NCBI GenBank assembly: GCA_040767195.1
Contig: JAXGPA010000001.1
Location: forward strand, 1-64,000
Source of the DNA: Syntrophales bacterium
GTDB taxonomy: Bacteria; Desulfobacterota; Syntrophia; Syntrophales; UBA6807
DNA length: 64,000 nt
Reading direction: 5' to 3'
Shown here: piece after piece, positions 1 to 8,682 of the stretch
Numbering within the stretch: the first letter of the stretch is position 1
Layout of the letters: each line of letters begins with the position of its first letter
Made by a program: the position numbers and the translations under genes
Notes under the pieces: model-generated
Databases searched by the model: none
The model's input: only the letters and a program-made list of their open reading frames with translations
What the model was told of the DNA's origin: nothing

Positions 1-137
1 CCCTGACACATGGTGAATCAAAGTTGACAGCGCAATTGAAATGGGTACATATGGTAGAAGTCATTGTAGCCTTCTTCCCTGTTCTTTATCCTTGAACGCA
101 CGGTTATGATGCAGGAACACATTCCGGGAGGTGAAAC

Positions 138-635
138 ATGATTCCTTCGTCAGGACGGATATGCCGGGTGCTTGCCCTCGCGGTCTTTCTGACCTTTTGC
201 CTGTGGGGAACGGGGGCTCGGGGGGAGACAGACGTTTCCCTGTCGAAGGGACAAACCGTTTATGTCCCCGTGTATTCCCACATCTATGGCGGCGACAGGG
301 AGCATCGTTTTTACCTGGCCGTGACGTTGAGCATACGAAATACCGACCCGACGCACCCGATCACCGTGCTTGAGGCGAATTATTTCGACAGCGAAGGGGG
401 TCTTGTCACGAAGTATTTGGAGAATCCCATCAAGCTGAACGCCATGGCGTCCATGAGATATTTTGTGAAAGCCTCGGACAAGGCCGGCGGTTCGGGAGCG
501 AATTTCATCGTCCGATGGGCCGCCGAAAGAGAAGTCAACCCGCCCATCATAGAGGCGATCATGATCGGCTCACAGATACAACGGGGAATTTCTTTTACGT
601 CAAGGGGCCAGGTCATCCAGGTGCCTCCGAGATGA
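138..635 (+). CDS. DUF3124 family exported protein
   Basis: Signal-peptide-like N-terminus; GQTVYVPVYSHIY...LSIRNTD and GGSGANFIVRW motifs typical of DUF3124. Confidence 0.85.
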   Translation: MIPSSGRICRVLALAVFLTFCLWGTGARGETDVSLSKGQTVYVPVYSHIYGGDREHRFYLAVTLSIRNTDPTHPITVLEANYFDSEGGLVTKYLENPIKLNAMASMRYFVKASDKAGGSGANFIVRWAAEREVNPPIIEAIMIGSQIQRGISFTSRGQVIQVPPR

Positions 636-851
636 ACGTCCCCGCCTTTGCGACTTTCTGGACTTGTTCCTCTCGTTTTGATTGCGTTCAACGGCAGTGA
701 CTCAGGAAGTCCTCTCATTGATTGACCTGGTTTTAACCTGGCGTTTCCTGATCGCGAGCCTGACCACGGAGGCGGTTCCGGAACCTCTGGAAAAAGTGCA
801 ATCTTCTTAAACGGGAAAAAAATAAAAACGAATCGCCCTCATTTCACCATC

Positions 852-1031
852 ATGAAAATCTGCCGAGCGTGTCACCGGGAATTCGATGAAGAGGCTATCC
901 AGGATTACAGTCCGGCGGAGGAACTGGCGGACATTCTTCTTCCCAGCCTGGGCATCGGAAGCGTCGACGACATCTGCCCGGACTGCCGGGAGGAAATGGG
1001 GATCCTGGGGCTTTTGGGGTTGGGGCAGTAG
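852..1031 (+). CDS. 59-aa putative zinc-binding microprotein (CxxC...CPxC)
   Basis: Manual translation ATG852-TAG1031: MKICRACHREFDEEAIQDYSPAEELADILLPSLGIGSVDDICPDCREEMGILGLLGLGQ. Fills an intergenic gap; no strong RBS. Confidence 0.65.
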   Translation: MKICRACHREFDEEAIQDYSPAEELADILLPSLGIGSVDDICPDCREEMGILGLLGLGQ

Positions 1032-1148
1032 CTCATGACGGAAGAGATTTTCATTACCGCCCATTGACGAAATTAATACACAAAAGCAGCCGGACCTGGC
1101 CCCGTGTTCCTTTTTCAAATACCCGGAGGCATTGGGCGCCCCGGTTTG

Positions 1149-3047
1149 TCATTCCCGCCTGAAGGTCATCCTCAACTCAAAGGTGCCGTCGCAGACGCGT
1201 TTCTCCGTCTCGAAGCCCATTTTCTCGAAGAGACGCATCATCGGTGTGTTTTCAACAAGGACTTCCGCGGTAAAGCCGTTCAGCCCCTGTTTGACGGCGA
1301 TCTGGGTGAGATACCGAAGGAGAAGTGACCCGATCCCCAGGCCGTGGTGGTCGTCACGAACGGCGAAGGCCGCTTCCCCGAAGTTCGACGCCCGGTCGAC
1401 CCTGTATTCACCGAGGCCGACGACCGTTTCGACTTCGTCCTCTTTTTCCTGAACCGCGAGAATCGCCATCTCGGAGGTGTAGTTTATGACGACGAAATTG
1501 GAGAGCCTTTTGTGAGGCATGTCGAGCCTCACGCTCATGAACCGGCGCCTCATGCTCTTATCCGACAAGGCGTGGAAGAACTCCCTCAAGATGTCCTCAT
1601 CGCTGATCCTCACTGGCCTGAAAAGAACCGTTTCCCCGTTTTTCAGGGTCTTCTCCGTCACGAGGTGTTCGGGATATTCACCGCCCGCTCCGGGGACCAG
1701 GGCCTGGGTCTGAAAAACGAGGCCCAGCCTCTTCGCTTCCTGGAGCAGGGAAGGCCTGAATCTCGGGTGGGCTATGGCTATGAGGGACATCGCCCTTTCA
1801 CGGAGACTCCGTCCGTGAAGGAAGGCATAACCGTACTCGGTGACGATGTACTCGGCGTCGCAGCGCATGGTGGAAACAGCGGCACCCTCGTGGAGCGCCG
1901 CCACGATCCTTGACCGGCTTCCGTCAGGTGTTGTCGAGGGAATGGTAAAAACCGTCGTCCCTCCGGGGGCCATGGCGGCCCCCCGCATAAAATCGGCCTG
2001 CCCCCCGATCCCCCGCGGTACGCCGCTTTCCGGTTCATCTTCCGTGGTCTGGCCGGTCAGATCTACGAGACAGGCCTCGTTTATGGAAAGCATATTCGCC
2101 TGGGAAGCGATTACGAGAGGGTTGTTGGTGTAATCGATGGGCATGAACCGCATCATGGGGTTTTCGTCGATGTACTCAAAACTCTCCCTCGTCCCGGCAC
2201 AGAGCGCCGCCACCGTTTTGCCGACGTCCCGGGATTTTTTCCTGTTCGTCACGGCCCCGCAGCGCATGAGGGCGACCATGCCGTCGGTGAGCACGTCCGT
2301 GTGAATTCCAAGATCCCTCTTTCCCTTCAGGTTCTCCAGCACGGCATCGGGTATGGACCCGAACCCCGCCTGGATCGTATCGCCGTCCCTGACGATGAGG
2401 GCCACATAACGGCCGATCGCCGATACGACCTCGTCGCGGGGTGGCGGCCTGTACTCGATGAGGGGCTCGTCGAAAGGGATAAGGCACGTCACGTCTTCCA
2501 CGTGGATGAACGTGTCGCCGGGCACCCGGGGCATGAAGCCGTTTACCTGGGCAATGACCAGTTCCGCCCGCTTTACGGCCGCTTTTACGATGTCCACGCT
2601 GACGCCGAGACTCATGTAGCCGTGCCTGTCCGGCAGGGATACCTGGATGAGAGCCACGTCCAGGTCGATGAACCCCCTGTCAAAGGCCTGGGGCATCTGA
2701 AACGGGAATATCGGTGTGTAGTCCGCAAGGCCGGAGGAAACGGCATGACGGACGGCATCATTCACGAAAAACGCGTTGAGACGAAAATTGTGGGAGAATT
2801 TCCTGTCCGTGTATTCGGCGGGTCCCATGTTCCAGAAGTGGATCACCTCGACGTCGAAAAAAGCCTTGGGGTTTGCGGCCGCGTATTCCACGAGGGAGCG
2901 GACGAGATGACGCGGCTCCCCGCATCCCGAGCCGATGAAAAGCTCGTTCCCGCGACGTATATGGGCGAATGCCCTTTCCGGGGTCGTGAATTTTTCCGGG
3001 TATCTCTCCCTCAATTCGATGAGACCGTCTGTGCAGTTGCCTTTCAT
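1149..3047 (-). CDS. Acetyl-CoA hydrolase/transferase-family domain fused to C-terminal GNAT acetyltransferase
   Basis: DVALIQVSLPDRHGYMSLGVSVD and GIGGQADFMRGA (CoA-transferase family); EAAFAVRDDHHGLGIGS...NTPMMRLFEKMGF (GNAT). Confidence 0.9.
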   Translation of the reverse strand: MKGNCTDGLIELRERYPEKFTTPERAFAHIRRGNELFIGSGCGEPRHLVRSLVEYAAANPKAFFDVEVIHFWNMGPAEYTDRKFSHNFRLNAFFVNDAVRHAVSSGLADYTPIFPFQMPQAFDRGFIDLDVALIQVSLPDRHGYMSLGVSVDIVKAAVKRAELVIAQVNGFMPRVPGDTFIHVEDVTCLIPFDEPLIEYRPPPRDEVVSAIGRYVALIVRDGDTIQAGFGSIPDAVLENLKGKRDLGIHTDVLTDGMVALMRCGAVTNRKKSRDVGKTVAALCAGTRESFEYIDENPMMRFMPIDYTNNPLVIASQANMLSINEACLVDLTGQTTEDEPESGVPRGIGGQADFMRGAAMAPGGTTVFTIPSTTPDGSRSRIVAALHEGAAVSTMRCDAEYIVTEYGYAFLHGRSLRERAMSLIAIAHPRFRPSLLQEAKRLGLVFQTQALVPGAGGEYPEHLVTEKTLKNGETVLFRPVRISDEDILREFFHALSDKSMRRRFMSVRLDMPHKRLSNFVVINYTSEMAILAVQEKEDEVETVVGLGEYRVDRASNFGEAAFAVRDDHHGLGIGSLLLRYLTQIAVKQGLNGFTAEVLVENTPMMRLFEKMGFETEKRVCDGTFELRMTFRRE

Positions 3048-3096
3048 AAATTTTTCCTTTGTATGGATTGAATTTCAATCGCCTGAAACGTGCTCG

Positions 3097-3152
3097 GGGA
3101 CGTCCTTAAATTTTTCAATAACTCGAATTATTGAAAAATTTAAGGACGTCCC
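3097..3152. repeat. 56-bp palindrome (repeat family A, full copy 1)
   Basis: GGGACGTCCTTAAATTTTTCAATAA-CTCGAA-TTATTGAAAAATTTAAGGACGTCCC; perfect 25-bp arms. Confidence 0.95.
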
Positions 3153-3166
3153 ACATATTGCATAAT

Positions 3167-3209
3167 TCATTGACAACTCATTGACAATTATCGATTTTCA
3201 TGACATTAT
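3167..3209 (+). promoter_or_regulatory. Putative sigma70 promoter with TCATTGACAA direct repeat
   Basis: TTGACA (3181-3186), 17 bp, CATTAT with upstream TG; TCATTGACAA occurs at 3167 and 3178. Confidence 0.45.
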
Positions 3210-3511
3210 AAACGTAAAAAAATCGAAAGTGAAGAAGAGACAGGGGCACATCAAATTATGCATTTAAGGCTCCTGACAGGACAGGACACACAATGTTCTG
3301 TCGGGAGTTCGAATGACTTGGATGACTCAATAACTGCTGCTTGATCACGTTGCTCTCCTTTTCTACTGTATATAAAAAATAATCTTTTATCCACGCCGTC
3401 TCTCCCACGCACGACTTGCAGCTGACGTGAAAGCTCCTTTTGTGTATGAAGTCTTCCGTGGATTTCTGTGTCAGGGGACAATATAAAAAAATAAAAAAGG
3501 AGGAAAGGAAC

Positions 3512-3910
3512 ATGGGAAAGAGTTCGATAGGAACAGTTGACGAAGCAAAGGCCCTGGTAGACAAAGCCGTTGCATTGATTCAGGAAAGCGGCCAGGAAAA
3601 AGCATTTGCGGCATTTAATGACACCGCGGGAGACTTTGTAAATAAAGACCTCTACATCTTCGTAGTTGACATGAATGGGACGATCGTTGCCCATGGTGCT
3701 ACGGCCGATTTGATTGGGAAAGACATGATGGGATTCCAGGACGAGGTTGGGAAACACCCCATTAAAGATATGACGGAGATGGCAAAAACGCAGTCGGACG
3801 GATGGGTAGACTACAAATGGCCACATCCCCTGACGAAGAGTATCGGCGATAAGTCAACCTATTTCCATAAAGTGGGGGATTTACTTGTCTGTTGCGGGGT
3901 TTACAAGTAA
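3512..3910 (+). CDS. Stand-alone single Cache domain protein
   Basis: RBS AGGAGG/AAGGA before ATG3512; EAKALVDKAVA..DLYIFVVDMNG..GWVDYKWPHP..K..Y..CGVY pattern. Confidence 0.85.
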   Translation: MGKSSIGTVDEAKALVDKAVALIQESGQEKAFAAFNDTAGDFVNKDLYIFVVDMNGTIVAHGATADLIGKDMMGFQDEVGKHPIKDMTEMAKTQSDGWVDYKWPHPLTKSIGDKSTYFHKVGDLLVCCGVYK

Positions 3911-3935
3911 TTTCAGGAAAGATGATTTTGCTGGT

Positions 3936-3968
3936 GAGGCAGGGCCAATATCCCTGCCTCTTTTTTTT
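3936..3968 (+). terminator. Intrinsic terminator
   Basis: GAGGCAGGG-ccaatat-CCCTGCCTC followed by T-run. Confidence 0.85.
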
Positions 3969-4218
3969 GATCCTGAACTCCCCTGAAAGCTGTACCACAT
4001 TCTAAGTCAGCGTATGCCGGATCTCATCCCACACGAACCAAAAACCTCAACTCGATAAAACTGAGCCAGGCGTGTTATAAGAGAGCAAGATATAAACTGT
4101 TTGCGACCCTTGTAAAGCAGAAACCTGTCCGCTCGAAATCGTCCATAGCGTTTTCATTGCTGTTCAAGGGTATTGGTCTCATGAAGAAACCATGTAAATA
4201 GCGTTGACGATCCGAGAA

Positions 4219-4725
4219 ATGAACATATTCGTTCTGGATTTGAATATCGAAAGGTGTGCGCGGTATCACTGCGACCAACATGTTGTTAAGATGATCCTGG
4301 AGAGCACACAGATAATCTGTACCGTTCTAAACAAGAAAGGCTTCCAGACACCATACAGATCCACGCACACTAAACACCCGTGTGTTCTCTGGGCTGGTGA
4401 ATCTTTTGACAACCTTCAGTGGCTGAGCCGGTTGGCAAGAGCCCTGAATCGTGAATACAAATACAGATACCGGAAGTCCGGACCACATATTTCGATTCAT
4501 GTATTGGACCAGGTTAAGGAAATGAGATTTGAATCCTTGGGAATGACGGAATTTGCGCAGGCAATGCCTGACAAATACAAGGTGACCGGCGATCCGGTCA
4601 GGGCATACAGGGCTTTCTATGTCGGAGAAAAATTGCCGTTTGCCACGTGGACGCGAAGAAAAAGACCGAAGTGGATAGAAGATTACTTGTCCCTGCATTC
4701 GGCTTCTCACCGCGACGAAAACTGA
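4219..4725 (+). CDS. Pyrimidine dimer DNA glycosylase / T4 endonuclease V-like family protein
   Basis: MNIFVLD...CDQHVVKMILESTQ...YRSTHTKHPCVLWA...QAMPDKYK...AYRAFY motifs. Confidence 0.8.
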   Translation: MNIFVLDLNIERCARYHCDQHVVKMILESTQIICTVLNKKGFQTPYRSTHTKHPCVLWAGESFDNLQWLSRLARALNREYKYRYRKSGPHISIHVLDQVKEMRFESLGMTEFAQAMPDKYKVTGDPVRAYRAFYVGEKLPFATWTRRKRPKWIEDYLSLHSASHRDEN

Positions 4726-4781
4726 CGTGGTCCAATAAAAGGGACGTGTCCACAATCACATCACTACCAGTTGTCCTACTC

Positions 4782-4841
4782 GGGGGACGTCCTTAAATAT
4801 TTCAATAACTCGAGTTATTGAAATATTTAAGGACGTCCCCC
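4782..4841. repeat. 60-bp perfect palindrome (repeat family A, full copy 2)
   Basis: GGGGGACGTCCTTAAATATTTCAATAACTC|GAGTTATTGAAATATTTAAGGACGTCCCCC; no loop. Confidence 0.95.
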
Positions 4842-4842
4842 A

Positions 4843-6024
4843 TTAATTTACTTCAAACAGGATTCTCGGAGTTTTCGTGAGTATTTCGTTGCCTTTTTCC
4901 CCGACGAGGACCATGTCCTCCAGCTTGACCACTCCCAGGCCTTCCTCCATCATGTGGATGTCCAGGGCGAGAACGGCATTTTCAGGAATCTCCGAGTGGT
5001 CGTAATCGGAAAGGATGGGCGGCTCGTTCAGTTCCAGCCCGACACCGTGGCCGATGATCCTGGAATGGCGGCCGTTCCCAAAATTCTGGAACGGTTTTTC
5101 CCGGCCCAGTTCCCGGGCCTTCACAAAGGCCCGGCGGGATATGTCACTGGCCGGGAGGCCGGGGTATATGCTTTCGATCAGATCATCGGCGATCCTCCTG
5201 AGATCGTCGTAAAGGGCCTGGACGGCGCCGCACGCCCGTCCAGCCACGTATGTCCTGGTCTGGTCCCCGTGATATCCCTCCACCAGGACGGGAATGTCCA
5301 CCACAACGATGTCTCCCCGGGAAATGCGGCGGCGCGATGGTCCCGCCGGCACAGCAGGGCTGAGCCCGACACCGGTGATGGTGTAGACCACACCGCTGAT
5401 CCTGAAGAGATCGGGTCCCGATGACAGGGGACCGCGGCCCATGACGAAATCGGGCTGTCGGATAAAGAAAATGCCCTCATGTCCCGCCAGCCGGTGGGCG
5501 TTTTCCACGGCGGCCGCGAGTTCCAGTTCCGTGATTCCTTCCCGGAGACATTCCAGGACGGCCTCATGACCCTTGTGGATGACGTCGCAGGCCTTCCGTA
5601 AAGAGCGGATCTCTCCGGGGTCCTTGGTTTTTCGCTGATCCAGGATCAGGGGGGAAAGGTTGACGAACTCCTTATCAGGAAGGATCGAGAGCAGACGTCG
5701 TGACTGATCCCAGGTCCAGATATCGGATTCCACCCCTATCCTTCCGAAACCGGGCCCTTCCCCGGCAGCAAAACAGCAGGCGGCAACCCTGTCCAGTTTT
5801 CGCTCCTCCCGGATGCGGTCCTGGGGAATGAACGCCTCCCTGACGGCGAAATCATACCCGCTTCTCACGGAAAGGACATAATCGAGGGGCGTGACGACGA
5901 GCCAGGCGGGTTGAGCCGTTCCGGTGTAGTAAAGAACATTTCTGGAATAGGTGATGATGGCGCCCTGGAGATTTTCCCGGGACAGTTTTTCCTTCAGGAT
6001 TTCAATTCTTCCCTTTCTATCCAT
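4843..6024 (-). CDS. M24 family (Xaa-Pro) peptidase
   Basis: YHGDQTRT, IGHGVGLELNEPP and VVKLEDMVLV metal-binding motifs; creatinase-like N-terminus. Confidence 0.9.
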   Translation of the reverse strand: MDRKGRIEILKEKLSRENLQGAIITYSRNVLYYTGTAQPAWLVVTPLDYVLSVRSGYDFAVREAFIPQDRIREERKLDRVAACCFAAGEGPGFGRIGVESDIWTWDQSRRLLSILPDKEFVNLSPLILDQRKTKDPGEIRSLRKACDVIHKGHEAVLECLREGITELELAAAVENAHRLAGHEGIFFIRQPDFVMGRGPLSSGPDLFRISGVVYTITGVGLSPAVPAGPSRRRISRGDIVVVDIPVLVEGYHGDQTRTYVAGRACGAVQALYDDLRRIADDLIESIYPGLPASDISRRAFVKARELGREKPFQNFGNGRHSRIIGHGVGLELNEPPILSDYDHSEIPENAVLALDIHMMEEGLGVVKLEDMVLVGEKGNEILTKTPRILFEVN

Positions 6025-6096
6025 CCTCCCATCCTTTCTTTACGTGATAAAATGCCTCCCCGGTTTAAATTTAAGGACGGCTCACGGCGCCCACTC

Positions 6097-6114
6097 AAGT
6101 GTAACGTTACACTT
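6097..6114. promoter_or_regulatory. 18-bp perfect palindrome, putative operator
   Basis: AAGTGTAACGTTACACTT between divergent genes. Confidence 0.5.
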
Positions 6115-6233
6115 CAGAAAAAGCACGGAGAAAGAAAGCAAGGGTAAAGTATCAAATGCCTGTCATGGAGAATCGTGAGTTGCCAAAAGATCTGCATCGA
6201 TGATAGAGATTTTACCGAAAATGGGAGGGCCCG

Positions 6234-7712
6234 ATGAAGAAAGAGAATTTTCCCGCACAGGTGCTGCTCGTCAACCCGCATTACAACGGAAGATCGGAAA
6301 TCCCCCCCCTCGGCCTGGAATGCGTCGCCGCCCCTCTTTTGAAAAACCGGATTCCTGTTTCCATTCTTGACCTCGATCTCGTTCCTGGCGAAAAAACGGA
6401 GACGTTTTTAGAAAACGAATTGAAGAAATTGATTCCACGGATCATCGGCGTCACCGCCCTGTCCAACAGCTTCCCTTCGGCCCTCGACGTCTGCAAAAAG
6501 GTAAAGCAAGTCCATCCCGGTGCTCTCACTGTCATGGGGGGCATGCATCCCACCGTCCTCGCCGATCCCATCCTGAAAACCTGCCGGGAAGTGGACATCA
6601 TCGTCCGGGGCGAAGGCGAAATCACCTTCCTCGAACTCGCCTCTTCCGTTTTGCACGGACGTCCCTGGAATCGACTGGAGGGGCTCAGTTTCAGGGATGG
6701 CGATGATTTCGTCCACAATGGGGAAAGGCCGCTGGAGCGGGATCTCGAAACCTTTCCGAGGCCCGCCCATGACCTCGTTGAAAACGGCCGATACCGCGCC
6801 AGGAGTGTCTCTTCCAGCCGGGGCTGCCCGCACCGGTGCACTTTCTGTTCCATCCAGTCCATGTATCACCGCACCGTGAGGTCAAGAAGCATTCCGTCCC
6901 TTATCGAAGAAATGGGTGAACTCATCGATTCCGGGGCGAACCGGATCATGTTCACCGATGACAATTTCACTTTCAGCATAAAGCGGATCAGAGAGCTCTG
7001 CGGGGAGATGGTTCGCCGCCGCTGGAGCGAAAAAACGGAATTTTATGCGGAGGGGCGGATCGACGACATCTGCCGAAATCCCGTCATGGCCCAGGTCTTG
7101 AGCGATGCGGGGTTCCGGGCGCTCTACGTGGGGGCCGAATCGGGATCTCGAGCCGTTCTGGATTATTACGGAAAGGGAATCGACCCCGAAGACATCCTCC
7201 GGGGCGTGGGGTACTGCGTGGAACAGAACCTGACGCCGGTCGTGAACTTCATCCTCTTCGGTCCCAGGGACACCATTGACACCATGAAGGAAACCATAGC
7301 CCTGGCCCGGAAAATCTTCGAGCAAGGCGCTGAAATCGCCTACGCCGAAACACTGACCCCCTACCCGGGCACACCGATCCGGGAAGCCCTTCTCCGTGAC
7401 GGCAAATACCGTGAAAGGGCCGGCGTTCACTACTTTGAATCGTACGAGGGGATCGAATATGAACAGATGCTCCGATTATTCGACCTGGCCCGCGAAACGG
7501 CCCGATTTCTTCACCAGGAAAGCCGGTTCTTCGATGTTCAGAAAGTGTATCACGAATTGACCTGTCTCAATGATTTCCTTGATCGCCGGGTACCGCCGGC
7601 GCTCCTGGAGCGATCGGTCCGGCTTGATGATGAAGAAGCGGAGGACCTGCGCGTCCGGGTGGAAGAGGCTGTCCATGGGGGATCAAAGGTTGGAAGAAAG
7701 GGGGAAACATGA
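6234..7712 (+). CDS. B12-binding domain radical SAM protein
   Basis: PPLGL...VMGGMHPT...IVRGEGE (B12-binding); SRGCPHRCTFC CxxxCxxC; GAESG. Confidence 0.9.
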   Translation: MKKENFPAQVLLVNPHYNGRSEIPPLGLECVAAPLLKNRIPVSILDLDLVPGEKTETFLENELKKLIPRIIGVTALSNSFPSALDVCKKVKQVHPGALTVMGGMHPTVLADPILKTCREVDIIVRGEGEITFLELASSVLHGRPWNRLEGLSFRDGDDFVHNGERPLERDLETFPRPAHDLVENGRYRARSVSSSRGCPHRCTFCSIQSMYHRTVRSRSIPSLIEEMGELIDSGANRIMFTDDNFTFSIKRIRELCGEMVRRRWSEKTEFYAEGRIDDICRNPVMAQVLSDAGFRALYVGAESGSRAVLDYYGKGIDPEDILRGVGYCVEQNLTPVVNFILFGPRDTIDTMKETIALARKIFEQGAEIAYAETLTPYPGTPIREALLRDGKYRERAGVHYFESYEGIEYEQMLRLFDLARETARFLHQESRFFDVQKVYHELTCLNDFLDRRVPPALLERSVRLDDEEAEDLRVRVEEAVHGGSKVGRKGET

Positions 7713-8122
7713 AAAGAAATCGAGAAGGTTCCACGGCCAAGAAAGGTAAGGATGAGCGATCCCTGAACATGAGCATCAAGCGAGTCTACGAAAAGCCTTC
7801 GCCCGATGACGGCTACCGTGTTCTCGTCGACCGCCTGTGGCCGAGGGGCTTGACCAGGGAAAAAGCTCAAATTGATGAATGGCTCAAGGAGGCGGCGCCC
7901 TCTCATGAACTTCGCCGCTGGTATGGCCATGACGCCGAGAAATGGCCCGATTTCAAAAAGCGGTACTGGGAGGAACTTGGGAAAAACGCCGATTTCGTTG
8001 ACGCGTTTCGAGAAAGGGTCCTCGGACGAAAAATCACCCTTCTCTATTCTTCCAAAGAAGAGCGATACAACAACGCCCAAGCCCTTCTGGAGTATCTGAA
8101 ATCCGCCGGGGGAAAAAAGTAA
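7709..8122 (+). CDS. DUF488 (YeaO-like) protein; start may be 7769
   Basis: IKRVYE...DGYRVLVDRLWPRGL...WLKEAAPS.ELRRWYGH. Confidence 0.9.
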   Translation: MKRNREGSTAKKGKDERSLNMSIKRVYEKPSPDDGYRVLVDRLWPRGLTREKAQIDEWLKEAAPSHELRRWYGHDAEKWPDFKKRYWEELGKNADFVDAFRERVLGRKITLLYSSKEERYNNAQALLEYLKSAGGKK

Positions 8123-8292
8123 GCAGGCCGCCAAGGGGTGTCATGACAACATGGGAGGGGATACCGCCGTCCCCTGGGGCTTTTTAAAACATCCCCGGTT
8201 ATGCCGCCAACGCCAATTTGAGAAGGCCTGCCAACCCGGCAATTCAAGGAAACCGTTTCACCGCATAAATCTCTCATTTTATGAGTATATAC

Positions 8293-8438
8293 CTATAGGA
8301 TCTTGATTACGCGTTTATATTTTTAGTTATTGAAATATTTAAGGACGTCCCTACAAATTTAACGTTTGTAAACGGAGGTCTATAAGATTTTGATTATACG
8401 TTTATATTTTGACGTATTGAAATATTTAAGGACGTCCC
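8293..8438. repeat. Two 59-bp direct repeats (8293-8351, 8380-8438), each ending in a family A half-palindrome
   Basis: 52/59 identical by manual alignment; both end TATTGAAATATTTAAGGACGTCCC. Confidence 0.85.
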
Positions 8439-8452
8439 ACTTCGATTGGTGT

Positions 8453-8518
8453 AAAAAAAATCGGGTTGTATGAGAGGGGGAAGACGGGTTGGGGGGCCGT
8501 CAATTCATACAACCCGAT
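8453..8518 (-). terminator. Long-stem terminator-like hairpin with C-rich loop, downstream of the riboswitch
   Basis: 14-bp perfect IR ATCGGGTTGTATGA/TCATACAACCCGAT plus U-run on the minus strand. Confidence 0.75.
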
Positions 8519-8580
8519 GAAGAGTAACAAAATTCGGGATCTGATTTTGATTTGCCCGGGGTTCTTGATCTTGAAGCTCG

Positions 8581-8668
8581 TCGGCAACCCGGCTGTCACG
8601 GCTTCGAGAAATCTTCAGACCCGCGGCTTTGCGTCACCGCCTTTCGACGGCTTTGCCCTTTCATGGTT
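8581..8668 (-). ncRNA. Cyclic di-GMP-I (GEMM-I) riboswitch aptamer
   Basis: Minus strand AAGGGCAAAGCCGTCGAAAGGCGGTGACGCAAAGCCGCGGGTCTGAAG...GACAGCCGGGTTGCCGA matches the GEMM-I pattern (GGCAAA, GAAA tetraloop, GACGCAAAGC, GGGTTGCCGA). Confidence 0.9.
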
Positions 8669-8682
8669 TATATCTTCCGAGA

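Noticed and set aside
3153..4781. Integron cassette array
   Set aside because: No RYYYAAC...GTTRRRY attC sites recognised after the genes and no integrase in the window.
8044..8277. 77-aa minus-strand ORF as the riboswitch target
   Set aside because: No RBS or recognisable motif, overlaps the DUF488 gene antisense, and lies beyond the terminator and repeats.
8293..8438. CRISPR array
   Set aside because: Only two units, a 59-bp repeat is too long, and no cas genes are present. Kept as a repeat finding.
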